From the human T2T-CHM13v2.0 reference genome, Homo sapiens: a stretch of 64,000 nt of DNA. A program made the position numbers and the translations under genes. How positions within the stretch are numbered: position 1 is the first letter of the stretch; every line of letters begins with the position of its first letter. Of this stretch, positions 12,520-25,854 are shown piece after piece. The notes beneath the pieces were generated by a model, which was given only the letters and a program-made list of their open reading frames with translations, did no database searches and was not told the DNA's origin. The stretch lies in the NCBI RefSeq assembly GCF_009914755.1, contig NC_060926.1. The stretch is one strand, 5' to 3'.

Positions 12520-12685
12520 AATAATTGGGAGAAAGGGAAGAGGCTGGGAAGAGGAGTTGAAATGAAGCAAGATGGATCATGAGTTATGAATCATTGAAGC
12601 CAGGTAACAGTCATTTAAGCACGCATTATACTATTGTCTCTGCTTTATTCAAGGTTTAAAGTTTTCTGCTCACAAAAGTATTTTT
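12520..12685 (+). mobile_element. Old L1 (L1MC/ME) 3' terminus
   Basis: catgagttatgaatcattgaagccaggt...cattatactattgtctctgc. Confidence 0.55.
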
Positions 12686-13539
12686 CTAAGTTGACTGGGA
12701 TCTCTTAGTAAACACATTCAGTGACCTACTGTAAAATTCTTCTAGATTTGGAGAACTGGGCTTATTTAAAATGACTATATTCTCTAACATATTTCTTATC
12801 CATCTCATGTTAAATTTTTCTCCCCTAAAGCATTTGTTTTCTATTTCCAGCAAGCTTATCAAGTTATTTAAAGAAGTTAGTGGAAACAAAATGAGAATTG
12901 AATATGTTTTCCTTATTTCATTATTGTCTTTTTTAGATCCCATGGTCTATCTGTAGTTTCAAACCTTTGAAAAGATAGTGTTGCATGGATGATATTTAAG
13001 ATAGGCAGAAGCTTTTATGCTTCTAACTGAGATGACTGTTGGAAATGCACTGTTCCTCACAACCCAGTACTCAAAGATACATATATTAACATAAAAAACA
13101 TTTTCACATTGCTTTTCTATTATTTTATGTTCTATTATGTTCCATTCTAATACATTGTTTTTTTCTTAGCTCTGGTTATGACACACTAAGTTGACATAAT
13201 AAACAGAGTGACTCATAGTTCCAAAAACAGTGGCTTAAAAAACATTGTCTTAGATGGAGTAACAATCTATTCTCTTCTTGAAAAATCTAGTAGAAGTTTC
13301 TTGAAATTTCCCAAAATAACTGGGATTAATTAACATAATGATCAAATAGTTTTTCATAAATCAAATTGCATTATTTTGTACTTTATTTCACTCACATTTC
13401 TTCCTTCACTAACACTGATGTCTACGTTCATCTCTTGGTATTTAGAATTCTATTCAATCTTTGATTTAATTTATTTTCATGAATGGTATAGCATCAGAAG
13501 TAGCATAGAGACTCCAAGAATACTTATATACATAATCCA

Positions 13540-13685
13540 GTAAACTATCCCTCTGTGGCTTCAGTAAAACACCGTGGCCCAGAATTATCAAGTGATTTGC
13601 ATAAAGAAGACACAATTAATGACAGCATTGGTACTAAAATCAAGGACTTCTCACTCCTAGTCTAAGACATAGTCTACTATACCAA
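13540..13685 (-). mobile_element. MIR fragment
   Basis: ggcccaga...aagtgatttgc...acacaattaat MIR core, reverse orientation. Confidence 0.5.
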
Positions 13686-14060
13686 GCTTTGATGAATTAG
13701 TTCCTGATTGGATAGACAATTAGGAGATGAAGGCCATTTTCATAGGATGGGATTACTATTGATGTAGATGCTTCAATTACTATTTCTTCTTTAAAGTCTG
13801 TTTGCAGCAGTAGCTAAATGGAAATCAACTAATTTTCAAAAGCATAGTCTGCCATAAGGCGGATTTATGAGAAAATGGTGAAAAAAATAATGTATTATTG
13901 ATCTCAGGAAGCTATTTTTACATTTTTCTCTTTAAATAGTAAATGCACCATTTTCAAACTCACTTTTGCCATTTCGCCATCATTGTTTATGGGGAGCTGC
14001 CTACATCTTTAATAAAGTCTGATTTAATTCTACTGATGCCTTAATACTGATAAGGTGCCT

Positions 14061-14508
14061 ACTATGGGTTGTGTCACCCCAAAAGATATGTTGAAGCCCT
14101 AACTCCCAGTACCTTAGAACGTGGTATCATTTGGAAAGAGAATCTTTATAAAGGTAATCACTTTAAAATTAGGTCGTTAGGGTAGACCCTAATCCAATAT
14201 GACTGGCATCCTCATAAAAGGGAGAAATTTGGAGACAGAGGCACAGATACAGAGAGAACACCATATGAAGATGAAGGCGAAGGTCAGTGTGGTGCTTCTA
14301 CAAGTCAAGGTATGGCAAAGATTGCCAGCAACTATCACAAGCTGTGGGAGAGACATGGAAGTCTCCCTCACATCTTTCAAAAGGAACCAACCCTGCCAAC
14401 ATCTTGATCTTGGACTTACAGCCTCCAGAACTGTAATACAGTATGTTTCTGTTGTTTAAGCCAGCTACTTTGTGGTGCTTTGTTAAGGTAGTCCTAGCAA
14501 ACTAATAT
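14061..14508 (+). mobile_element. MLT1C-like MaLR solo LTR
   Basis: ccctaatccaatatgactgg, ggaaccaaccctgcc, agcctccagaactgt, cctagcaaactaata. Confidence 0.85.
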
Positions 14509-14820
14509 GGGACCTCTGCTAGAGAACAGAGATATTCCTGAATGTGTTCATTCTCCTTCACAAGTTAACCCTTGACTCTAAAAATTTCATGGATGAGCTG
14601 TGAAAAAATGGCAGTGGGTATTCAGTACAGCCTCAGGGAACTCTGTACCTCTCATATCTTCTCTCTAGCCATAATGACTGCAGCCTCACCCTGTATACCT
14701 GGGCTCCATTCCTTAGTCTTCAGCTGCCCCCCAACTTTCCAGTCAAATGTCCTACCATCATGTGTAGGTAATTAAGACTCCGTGTCCGTCCTTTTGTAAG
14801 AAAAATGAATCTTTGATTCC

Positions 14821-15121
14821 TTATTTATTTATTTTTTTGAGATGGACTCTCACTCTATTGCCCAGTCTGGAGTGCAGTGGCACAGTCTCAGCTAACTGCA
14901 ACCTCTGCCTCCTGGGTTTAAGTGATTCTCTTACCTCAGCCCCCTGAGTAGCTGGGACTACAGGCACCCACCACCACTCCCAGCTAATTTTTATATTTTT
15001 TGTAGAGATGGGGTTTCACCATGTTGGTCAGGCTTGTCTTGAACTCCTGACCTCTGGTGATCTGCCTGCCTGAGCCTCCCAAAGTGCTGGGATTACATGT
15101 GTGAGCCACGTGCACCTGGCC
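14821..15121 (-). mobile_element. AluS (Sx/Sz-like)
   Basis: Full dimeric Alu, reverse orientation, T-rich tail at left. Confidence 0.95.
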
Positions 15122-16986
15122 TTGTCTTTGTATCTTTAGGGAAATACCCTAAGCTTTACCAATTAGCCCAAGCATTCAAAAGTGTTTATAAAAACTCTCA
15201 CGCAAATCGACTTTCAGATTCCTCATTATCACTTTCATTTTTAAATTGAGTAGCTAAGAAAACTCTTCTTTTTCCTACACTCTGTACTTCCATAAATGCA
15301 ATTACATATGTAAAGTTCTCCCACTCAGTTTTATTTTATGCTCTCCTTCTATAAATGGGCCATGTATATTTTCATACAATTTGTCAATGCAAACATTGCA
15401 AAGGAGATAGTCCTGTAGCATGTCATTAACAGAGTTTCTCTAGGATGGCAACTGTCCATTTGCTGCCTTCACTGGATGAATGTTTAACCAGCTTTTAATC
15501 TACTGTCTTCATCTAGTCAATAGACATAGCCTGAGTAATGTTGTCAAATTCCTTTTCCTTGTTGGTGCTAAGATTCACCATGTTTTTGGTATTTTCTTGT
15601 TTCACTGAACAGAGAGAACATGAGAGAGAGAGATTTAAAAACTGTAGAGATGGATTTAAAAATGTATCCCCCTTGCAATGACTCTTCTGTCAGATGCCTC
15701 TCTGACCCTCTTTTCTTAGTTTTTCAAACATTTAACCTTGTGAATTCAGATGGGTTCCTTCTTCAGACCCACATGATGTTTTAAGGCAATTAATAATCTC
15801 TGTCATAGTGACAGAAAATTGTTTCTAGGAAGGACATTGATTTAAGTGTCTATAGTCTATTGCATAAAAATCTTACTAAATTCCATTCACTTAAGTTTAA
15901 TCTCTTTGTGTTAAACAAGTCAGATTTTCCTTCTTTAAAAAACAGATTATTATATCTGCCTGTTATTTGGAGAAGAGACATGTGAAATCACCTATATAAT
16001 CTCACTATCAGAAACTGCTTCTTTTCCTGCCACTGAGATATATAAATCACGTTTAGAGTTTTCTGAGAATCTATCAAAGCTGAAAAGATTTCATAAAATT
16101 GCTAGCTGCCTCTAATTGACTTCTACCAATATGGAGATGGTACAGTAGCAATTTTGTCAAAGATCATTATACCTAAATGTATCTACCTGTTCATTCTAAT
16201 AATTATGGAAAACATATTCAGAATTGTGCTCTGTGCTGTGAGAAATATAAAGATTTACGAGACACTGATTATGTCCTTGAAGAGGACATAGTTAATTAGA
16301 GAAGAGGATATACATTTAAATAAGGTGATACAAGGAAGACCCTATGTGTCCATGAAGAAATGGTTGCATACAAGCGCCAAAGTTAGGTGTAAAAGTGAAA
16401 TAACACTTGAATAATTAACAATGTGATAAATATTCAATTAGTGAGATAGAAAGAATAAAGTCTCCTGTGGAAGAACTCAAACCACTCATGATAGGAATAT
16501 CTAGGAGCTCACTCTGGTTGGTATAAGAGCTACATGATGTTGAGTAGTTGGATCACACTGCTGTCATGCATCAAATCACATCTGCATGCCAAATAAGAAG
16601 GACGGCTTCTTTGTGCAGGAGATGGGTTTGCAATGAGGACATTAGAGTGGTGAAATTTATGACAGAAACATGAGAACATATCTCTGCTTATTCTTAGAAC
16701 TTCTAATGAGCAACATCAGACAAAAGTCCAAGTTCTTTAGAGATTCCATTAGTTGAAAGCAAATTAGAATATTTTTATGGGTGCCTCGAGTAGTGCCATG
16801 ATGGCCCTAAATATTTTTTTAAACTGTGGAGCCCTTACAAAATTAAAATTCCTACTGGGAAGAGACTGAGTGTTGGGGTTGGTGAGACCAGATTTCAAAT
16901 GTGAACTCTGACTTTATGAAATGTATAGATTTGGGCAAATTACATGACCTCATCTGTAACACAGGGAATTAGCTATCTCTTTGGGG

Positions 16987-17031
16987 GGTGTGTGTGTGTG
17001 TGTGTGTGTCTATGTGTGTTTAGGTGTGTGT
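16987..17031. repeat. (GT)n microsatellite
   Basis: Directly visible. Confidence 0.9.
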
Positions 17032-17063
17032 TTAACATATATCATGATGTAATGTTTTAAATA

Positions 17064-17365
17064 GGCCAGGTGCCGTGGGAGGTTGAGATGGGCAGATAGC
17101 TTGAGCTCAGGAGGTCAAGGCCAGCCTGGGCAACATGGTGAAACCTTGTCTCTACAAAAAAATACAAAAAATGAGCTAGGCATGGTGGCTGGTGTGCCTG
17201 TGGTCCCAGCTACTCAGAAGGCTGAGGCTGGAGGATTGTTTGAGCTTGGAAGTGGAGGTTGCAGTCAGCCGAGATTGCACCACTGCTCTCCAGCCTAGGT
17301 GACAGCTAGAACCTGTCTAAAAAAAGAAAAAAAAAAAAAGAAAGAAAGAAAAGAAAGAAAAAAGA
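17064..17365 (+). mobile_element. AluJ with ~27 bp 5' internal deletion
   Basis: gcttgagctcaggagg, ggaggattgtttgag J-type diagnostics; A/GAAA tail. Confidence 0.9.
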
Positions 17366-18046
17366 AGGTATAAATAATATAATATGCCAGAGATAGCAGA
17401 GATGTGAAAGATACCAAAAATGCTCATAAATTCAAACTAGCTGACTGGTGTAAGATGCATGATATGCAGAAAATCTTAGAAGAAAGTGGTAAATTCCCCC
17501 ACATTTTCTTTCCAGGAGTACTTGGAAAGAGAAAAAAATTGCATACATAGATTAATAGATCAATTATTTCAGATCCTGTTGGGAAGAATAGCAGCAAAAT
17601 GTATGAGGTCTGGTGACATTTTTTTTCATATACAACAAGTATGGAATACAGGCTCCAGGAATAAAGGAATGGTATTGACATCTGTCTAAACACAGGATAT
17701 CTGGCACACTTAAAAAACGAAAGCCCCCTCTCCTGCCTTTGTGTCTCCAACCATCCTGCCCCAGTGGATTGGTCCCCTTCCAGGAGCAGCCAGAGGCAAC
17801 ACTGAGGATATGATAGGATTGTCAGAAGGCACAATCTGTTGCTCCTATATAAAGTAAGAGGTAACAGCTTTCCAGAAGCAGACAAGGGACATCTTTATAC
17901 AGGCCAGCTCAGCCCGTCTAAACTAGGTTTCTATTTGTTTTATGGTTCTGTCACTTTTCTTTCTAACAAAGCAAGTCTCTCCTTATCCTCAGAATTTATT
18001 TGAGAGTAAGGGTGCTTTATACCAATATTCACCTTCTATGAACCAG

Positions 18047-18500
18047 CAGAGAGTTTACCTTGAACCTAATGAACCTTAAACTCAGAGCCCCTCACTTTCT
18101 TTCTTTCTTTTTTTTTTTTTTTTTGAGATGGAGTCTAGCTCTGTTGCCCAGGCTGGAGTGCAGTGGTATGATCAAGTGATTCTCCTGCCTCAGCCTCCCG
18201 AGTAGTTTGGATTACAGTTACCCACCACCACGCCCAGCTAATTTTTGTATTTTTAGTAGAGACGGGGTTTCACTGTGTTGCCCAGGCTGGTCTCGAACCC
18301 CTGACCTCATGATCCACCCACCTTGGCCTCCCAAAGCGCTGCGATTTCAAGTGTGAGCCACTGTGCCCAGCCCAGAGCCCCTCACTTTCACAGATCTGCA
18401 TTTAATTTTGCATTAGTACAAAATACAAATATAAATATTATTTAACTCATCAAAAATACCCTCAATCATATGAGCTTTAGGCCCCAGGATTCCCCCGGAC
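18047..18500. mobile_element. hAT-Tip100 MITE (Arthur1/MER69-like) split by an Alu
   Basis: cagagagtttaccttgaacctaatgaaccttaaactcagagcccctcactt start and agctttaggcccca end. Confidence 0.55.
18100..18372 (-). mobile_element. AluS with ~32 bp internal deletion and 17 bp TSD
   Basis: TSD cagagcccctcactttc at 18083-18099 and 18373-18389. Confidence 0.95.
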
Positions 18501-18574
18501 ATACAATATTGGAGTGACCAAGTAAATTCCCACTTTCATATCCTCCATCAACTCCACTCCCTATACATGAAGTA

Positions 18575-19315
18575 CCAATGACTCTGGCCAACTTCCTCCA
18601 CAAGACTCATCTGTTAACACTCCCTTTCATTCACCATTTACCCTTGTATCACTACTTGACCATGTCACTTTACATCCTGGGATTTCTACACCAACTTTTC
18701 TCTCTAGCTAGAATGCCATTTTCCCTGAATCAAACTGGAGGAGCCTTTCTTACCCTTCCTAATCTAATTCAAATGTTCCCTCTGCAGGCCAGGCACAGTG
18801 GCTAACGCCTGTAATCCCAGCACTTTGGGAGGTCAAGGAGGGCAGATCACTTGAGATCAGGAGTTCTAGACCAGCCTGGCCAACATGGAGAAACTCGTCT
18901 CTACTACAAATACAACAATTAGCTGGGCATGGTGGTGTGCACCTGTAATCCCAGCTACTCGGGAGGCTGAGGTTTCAGTGAGCTTGAACTTGGGAGTCAG
19001 AGGTTGCAGTGAGCCAAGGTTGCTCCATTGCACTCCAGCCTGGGAGACAGAGCAAGATTCCATCTAAAAAAAAAAAAAAAAATTCCCTCTGCAAAGTTCT
19101 CCCAGATCCTCTAGAGGAAAGCCTTCAATGCCTGATGTGCTTCCAGAGCACTCTTTACTCTCTATTCTAGCACTTGCCACATTGCCTTGTAATTAGCTAT
19201 TGTGTGCCTTTTCCACACAGAAGCTCCAGGAGCAGGTAGCACATCTTGACTGCTTCTTCATTCCTGGAGCCTAAAGCAGTGCTCGGCACAGGCAGTGTTC
19301 AGTAAGTAGTAGCTG
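18575..19315 (+). mobile_element. L2 3' region interrupted by an Alu
   Basis: ctagaatgcc, cagtgctcggcaca...tcagtaagta L2 motifs on both sides of the Alu. Confidence 0.55.
18787..19082 (+). mobile_element. AluS (Sx-like)
   Basis: Full Alu, poly(A), TSD ttccctctgca at 18776-18786 and 19083-19093. Confidence 0.95.
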
Positions 19316-19804
19316 GTGGAGTGCCTGGTTTCAGAACCCCTCCAAGGACCTCCACACGACCTCATCATGTCCTACAGGTTAGAGTCAGGAGGAAAATTAC
19401 TCACTGATCTTGCTCTCTACCCACAACCAAATTTTCATATTCTCTTAGGTATCAGCATTATCAAACCCCTTACTTTCATCTCTCCTCTATTTCAGTTGCA
19501 AAATCCTATTTCAGAATAATTTTACAACTTCATCTCCTCTTCTACAAGGTAAGGGCATATGCAAATTTGAGTTTAAAAAGTAAATGCTTTGAATACAAGT
19601 TTTCTGCAGCACAAAGGCCAATTGGTATTAGCTTGGCTTATGTTTGACCTAAAAGAAGTTGGGCAACTTCAATGGTCTTTCTAATGACCACATCTATCCA
19701 TATATCTGAATAAGTCAGTAACCTTCCCATGTGTGGACATGGGCAGACACTGAACTCAGCAGAAGAAAAGGGATAGGGGATGCTGACCTCTATTTCCCTC
19801 ACCG

Positions 19805-20950
19805 ATTGATTTCTTCATCCAAACATTTAGCAAACATCTGTTAAATATTCAAAAAGTACATGCCAGGTACTGTGCCAGAAGTTGTGAGTACAGAAATTAA
19901 CTAGACACAGTCCTTGCCTAATCAAGAAGCCTACAATTCAGAGTAAGGAGAAAGGACATGTATAAATAGGTACAGTGCAACTTAAGAAATGCTGTAATAG
20001 TGCTTCAGGGTGGGTTGATGTCCTAGTTCATTTTCTGTTTCTTATAACAGAATACCTGAAATGGAGTAATTTATTTTAAAAAGGAATTTATTTCTTACAG
20101 TGATGAAGGCCAAGAAGTCCAAGGTTGAGGGGGTGTATCTGGAGAGGGCGTTGTGGCCAGTGGAGACTCCCTGCAGAGTCCTGAGGAAGTGCAGGGCATC
20201 AAATGGCAAGGGGATTGAGTGTGCTAGCTAAAGTCTCTCTTTCTTTTCTTATAAAGCCACCATTGTCATTCTCATAGGGAGTCATTAATCCATTAATCAA
20301 TTAATCCTTTAATTTATTAATCCATGAATAGATTGATCCATTCATGAGGGTAGAGCCCTCACGACTCAATCACCTCTTAAAGCCTCCACTTCTCAATACT
20401 GACACATTGGGGATTTTCAACATGAGTTTTAGGGACTCAAACCACAGCAGGTGAGTTGAGAAAGACTTAAATCTAAAGAAAATTTCTATTGAGTTTTGAA
20501 AAATGAATAAAATTTGAACTATACATAAGACAGATACCATAAGGGGTTTGGACTTTTATCTTGAAAGCATGGATATCCATTCAGAGGCTTAAAAAGGAGA
20601 GATACAATCTTTAGGAAGATCACTCTGGTAGAAAAGTAGAATACAATATACGGCTGTCATGGTGTGGAGAACAGTTAGAAGATATTTTCATAATCTACAT
20701 GATAATCATGAAATTCAAAGGTATTTATAGGCACAAGAATCTATAGGACAATGTCCTGGTTGAATGGCAAATGTAAAGAAGGAGTCATCAAAACTGCTTC
20801 TAAGATTTCTAGTTGGCTCTGAATTAGAAGGTAGAGGGGATGAGGAAGATCTAAGCTAGTGATCATTCAGATAGGTGGAAGACAGTAGAGCCAGAAAGAT
20901 AAATCAAATAATATCTAGGAAGAAGCTTACAGTCACCTTGGAGGAGCTAG
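19805..20950 (-). mobile_element. L2 fragments (interrupted by MSTC)
   Basis: atgccaggtactgtgcc, tttggacttttatc, ttaggaagatcactctgg L2 antisense motifs. Confidence 0.55.
20019..20449 (-). mobile_element. MSTC MaLR solo LTR
   Basis: ctgcagagtcctgagg, repeated cattaatc, catgagggtagagccctc; tg...ca ends; TSD gttga/ggtga. Confidence 0.85.
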
Positions 20951-21544
20951 GGCAGAAAATGAGGTTGAACATAGAAATGAATTTATGAGACAAAAAGCTT
21001 ACACAACAGAGCAACAGGAGATGGGGGAAAGAAATGAATCTGAAAAATCAGTCCATGAGCAACATTGTGAGGTGTGAAGAGTCTGGTTTTATGTGATGCT
21101 AGCTCTGTGAAAGAGAAGATCTCACAAGCATGTCATTCCCCATCGTAAGCATATACATCTACCCCATCTCTCAGATCAAGACAGAGGGGAGGGAGCCTTC
21201 TGGTGAGGGCAGAGAATGGTGGGGTCCTGTTCTCATTGGTAGATCTACTTAATAAAATATCTGGAGTCGATGATTCATAAGATTTGGGAGTTAAAGTCAG
21301 CTTTATATTAGATATTTATCCATAAGTAGCAAACTGGAGACTAGGGGAAACCATCCTTGAGAAACCAGCTTCATCTGTAGAAAAACTGCACCTAGAGTAG
21401 GACACATGATGAGGGAGCCCACAGTTCATGACTGGGGGTGAGGATTCTAAGCATAAAAATTACTATTGTTAATGCCCACAGCAATGTTGATTAGAATGTT
21501 ATAAGAAAGAGCTATAGAATTACACTACTGTGTAACTGGCCCTT

Positions 21545-21718
21545 TCATGATTTAGCTGTGTAACATTAATATTGCCACTTATTTCTGTTGACTTGGTTTT
21601 CTCATCTGTATATTGGCCATAATGTACTTTTTCTGAATGGTAAACAGAACTAAATGAGACTTAAAGGGCCTAATACGATGCCTCGTCCATAGTGAGTACT
21701 CAATGCTGACCATTAGTC
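21545..21718 (+). mobile_element. MIR
   Basis: tagctgtgtaac...ttttctcatctgta...catagtgagtactcaat. Confidence 0.65.
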
Positions 21719-23002
21719 CTTTTTTTTTTTTTTTAATCAATTGTTCATTGGTTTTACTATGCTTTGTTTGCATATGAACCAGCCCAGGCTGGGGTGTAGA
21801 GATGAGCTTTGCATTGGAACAATTCATAGCTCTATCTATGAAAGGCTGGGGATAGAATGACAAAGGCAGGGGAATTCAGTTCTGGGGTTGACAGAATTGG
21901 ATTACTCACAAATTAATGTTTTCTTGAACTGAAAATAGATTTTCATGGAAGAGAACAATGAAAGACTGGATGTTTCTGCCAAGTCTTCCAATGATGTGCA
22001 ATCCCTGAAACCTGAGGCTGTGCCATTAGAGAAGATTCAACATGGCCAGGGATGGCCCTTGAATATGACCAACTTCCTAACCATCCTGAGATAGGGCAAT
22101 TACTTAATTTTTATGGACAGCTAATGCTAACCTAGCAGCTTGCTTGAAAGAAACCTCCTTTTCAATGCAAGCTGTGTAATGAGGGAGTTGCTTGACTAAG
22201 CAAATTTTGGGTTAATGAAAAACAGACGCTTCTGTCACCATGAACAGCGTCTGCCTGTGTTAAGACTAAATTGTGTATATTGCTGACTGCCCTACATTTT
22301 TGCATCAAAAAGAGAGTGGAGAGATGACATTTGCAGTAATTTGGCTAAGGGCTATAGCAACCTAATTAGAAATGTTCAGTTCTACAAGTTTACAAAATTG
22401 TATTGTGGCAATCGCTCTTGAAAAATTCAATTCTGAAAACGCAATAAACAAAACCCAAAACGGGTAGATAACACACTTTCTGAGGATAAGTTCTGTAATA
22501 GAAGCAAGAGAACAAAAGCTCTATGCCCATAAAGCAGTGAAAATGGAGCCTCTTTGTTCTGAAAGCCAGACTGTCCTGCCAGGTCTGCCTGGTTTCTGGC
22601 CACTGCAGCCCCTGTGCCCCCAGCCTGAGCCACTTTTATCTGCACGCAGACTTTCTCTCTATTTCCCATTTAACTCTCCTTCCCTTCCACATTCTCCCTG
22701 GGACACTGTCCCATTCTCCCAGGGACAGCGGTGCCTAAACTTCAGTTACAGTACTTGTGAATGACCTGGAATACTTGATTAAAATGTTCAGCCTCTTTGG
22801 ATAAGTTTCTCCTCTTGTTCACTCAATGTATGATTTTGAATGTCTACTCTGCCAGGCACTGTCTTCCTATCAGATTTCAACATTTTAAGTTACATTTAAG
22901 AAAGACCACTATAATTTTAATCACTGTGGCCACTACAACACCATGGATAATATCTCACACATGACGGATACACAGTAACTGTGAATCAATGTTTTTCTCT
23001 AG

Positions 23003-23368
23003 ACCAATGATTCTCTGACTGATTATGCATGAAAATAAAAGTAGGAAACTTCTAAAACATACCAGTGCTTCAGCCCCATTTCAGATCAATCGAATTATAA
23101 TCTCTGGGGTGAAGCCCAAGCATCAGTATGTTTCAAAAGCTGCCTGGATTATTTAATGTGTAGCCAGGTTTGAGACACACTGTGCTGCATCTCTGGATCT
23201 CAAATTTGAGTGTGCAGAGAGTCATCTGGAAGGTCAGATAGTTTTGCATACTCCCAGGATTCAGGTGTAGAAATTCCAGTTCAGGAGGTTTGACAACACA
23301 AGATCTGTTTATGTTATGAAGCTGCTTCTGGTGCAGGTGACCAATGGACCGTACTCAGAGAACTTCTC
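23003..23368. mobile_element. Two adjacent MER5-family MITEs (MER5B-like, then MER5A/A1-like)
   Basis: aatctctggggtgaagcccaagcatcagtat...aatgtgtagccaggtttgaga; tctcaaatttgagtgtgca...ggaccgtactcagagaa. Confidence 0.6.
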
Positions 23369-23989
23369 TTGGACAAATTCTGACTGCACAAGAAAGATTT
23401 AGGGAACTTGGTCTGATCCTTAAGCTTCTTTGCTGTTAAACATATTAGTCCCTCAAGCTAGACACACCTACTCATCTTCAAGACCCAGAATTTCCTGTAA
23501 ACACTTTATGATGTACCCTCCCCATGAGTAATTAATCTCTCCCCTCTTATATCTTTATTGTAGCTATAACATAGTATGTAATCTACTCTGGGAAATTTGG
23601 CTTATATGTGAATCTTCCTTCCTAATCTTTGAGGCCCCCAAAGATTGAGGTATCTCTGTACCCTTACCTCCTGGTGTGTCTTAGAATATAGAGTAGGTGA
23701 CTCTTAATACACAGATAGATGATTAAATGACTCAGGTTGGGGTCAGGGTTTCTATGGTCAGCTGTAACCTTGTGACTCAAGGAAGACGTATTTCTTCAAT
23801 CTAAATACCTATCCTGGCACCCTGTCAAGCATCCTGGGACTAGGGTCTTTAGACGTCATGTCCTGGCTTATTTTTATCATCATGGAGACTGGAGCCCTGG
23901 CCTTAACCCTTAACTTGGTGTCTGGAACCTGACTATCCAGTAACAGACTTCACCAATACAAGCCTCTTTTCTGCATTTCTAAATTTTAC

Positions 23990-24330
23990 CTGTGAGTTAG
24001 TCATCTTTGCTGCAGTAACCCATTACCTCAGAATCTCAATGGCTTATGAAAACTGAGTCTTACTCTCCACCTCAAGAAATGTGGGCTAAATGGCAGTGTG
24101 GGCCTGAATGTACTCCACATCTGAAATAAATGAGTGTAGACATTCTGTTAGCAGAAGATAAAAGGGAATTGCTGACAGAAGCATGAAATATTTCAGAAAG
24201 ATTTTGATCCAACCTAGCATTACATCATGTGTGCTTAGATTTCATTAGTCAAAATACATCCTTTGGCTGAGCCTGATAATGCGGCAGGAACCATACTCCC
24301 ATGGAAAGGTCCCAAAATTCACCAGGCAAT
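23990..24330 (-). mobile_element. Old MLT1 (J/K/L-like) LTR
   Basis: tgctgcagtaac...aatctcaatggctta and atttcattagtcaaa motifs. Confidence 0.45.
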
Positions 24331-25174
24331 GAACAAGGATGTGTAATTCTTTCACATGGAAGGGGAAGCAAATGTCTGGGTAATACAGTGAGCTACGTGT
24401 GCTTCTGTTTTCCCGGTCACGATGAAGTCTCTGCCTAGGACTCTCTCCTCATCCTTCCTATTAATGCTCATGGTGCCAATCATTTGGTCTACAACTGCAA
24501 TTCTGCCTTTTGGACTATGCTCATTTACCTGTAGCTGGAGCTATCTTCACAGCTTTTTTGTAGAAACATCTTTCTCCAGTTTCTACCTTCTTCCAGTGTG
24601 TCTCCTTAAGGTAATCATGTCAGGGTTCAGCCAGGATCTAAAACAGAGGTTGCCTGTGGACAAAATCCAGGCTTCTCTCTGTTTTTGTACAGCCCACCCG
24701 CGCTGCTCCAGAGGACTAGCATTTTGAGTTGTGGAAACAAAGCTGGGTTTCCCTTTCATCCTGTTCCCCATTCTCCCCAAGGCTTTGCTACCCTGGCCAG
24801 TAGCTAAGCCTCACCATTGGTCCACACCTGCCCTAGTTGCCATCTACATGTTGAGGTCTCTGTCACTGGCAACGTCAGGCATGGGGCAATGAAATCTCTG
24901 TCTAGAAGTTGGTAACTCACTGAGTCTCCTTGCTCCAACCAGCTTGCCTAGTTAAGAAGGCCAGACTTCCCAAGAGAAGAAAGAGCATGCCTAGATCTGG
25001 TTGTCACTGGGACAGAAGCAACTAGGGACAATCTCTTTCAACCCAGGCCGGCATTCCATCTCCTCTGAAGAACGTCAGCCAATAGATGGACCCAAACCAT
25101 GCTCACCAACCCAGAGGTCTGTGGACCACCCAAGGGAAAAAAGCCAGCAGGGCAAGCTTTGTCTCTGATCTCTC

Positions 25175-25280
25175 TTGTTATACAGCACTCATAGAGTATC
25201 CTCAATGTGGCCTCTTGGCCCACAGATTCAAAATATTTAATATCTGTTCCTTTAGAGAAAAAGTTTGCCAATTGCTTCTC
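25175..25280. mobile_element. MER58-like hAT-Charlie terminus
   Basis: tggcccaca...aaaatatttaatatctgttcctttagagaaaaagtttgcc. Confidence 0.65.
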
Positions 25281-25854
25281 CCAAGTACCATAGGCTCTCC
25301 TTTAAAAAGTAAACTTCAAAAATTGTTTCTGAAATTGGTCCCAAAGACTCATTGTGTTTCAATACCCTATCTGGTGCAATTGTTATGAAACAAGTATGAA
25401 ATAGATTTCATCTAGGGCTGCTGGCTTCTTTTTCATTTTCAACATCTCCTGGGAGAATAGCTCCAGGCCTGTGGAGTCTCTGTCTGTTTTTCTAAGTACT
25501 GATTGAGACACAGGGTTTGAAAATGAAGTGGTGAGGAACAACAGAGGCTTTATTTGTGGTTACTAACATTTGCCAAAACAGTTTCAATTTTGTCTGGATT
25601 TGCTGAGGACCAAGTGTAGCTCTCCATGAAAGTAAATAATTGCACCAACCTGTCTCGAGGTGTTCTTGCTTCCTGCTCTCACTGGTTGGTTTCTTGGCCA
25701 TCAATTGGGTGGATTAATCCTTTGCACTGGTAAAATCCCATGACCAGATTCTTGTTTCATTGCTTTCTAGAGAAGGAAATGAGTCTGCAAGGCATAAAAA
25801 TGAATGGACCTAGTTAAGCTCATATATTTCCTTCAGGATATACCTGTGAGTGAA

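Noticed and set aside
20283-20325. Tandem TTAATC(C) homeodomain-like sites
   Set aside because: Largely an inherent feature of the MSTC consensus
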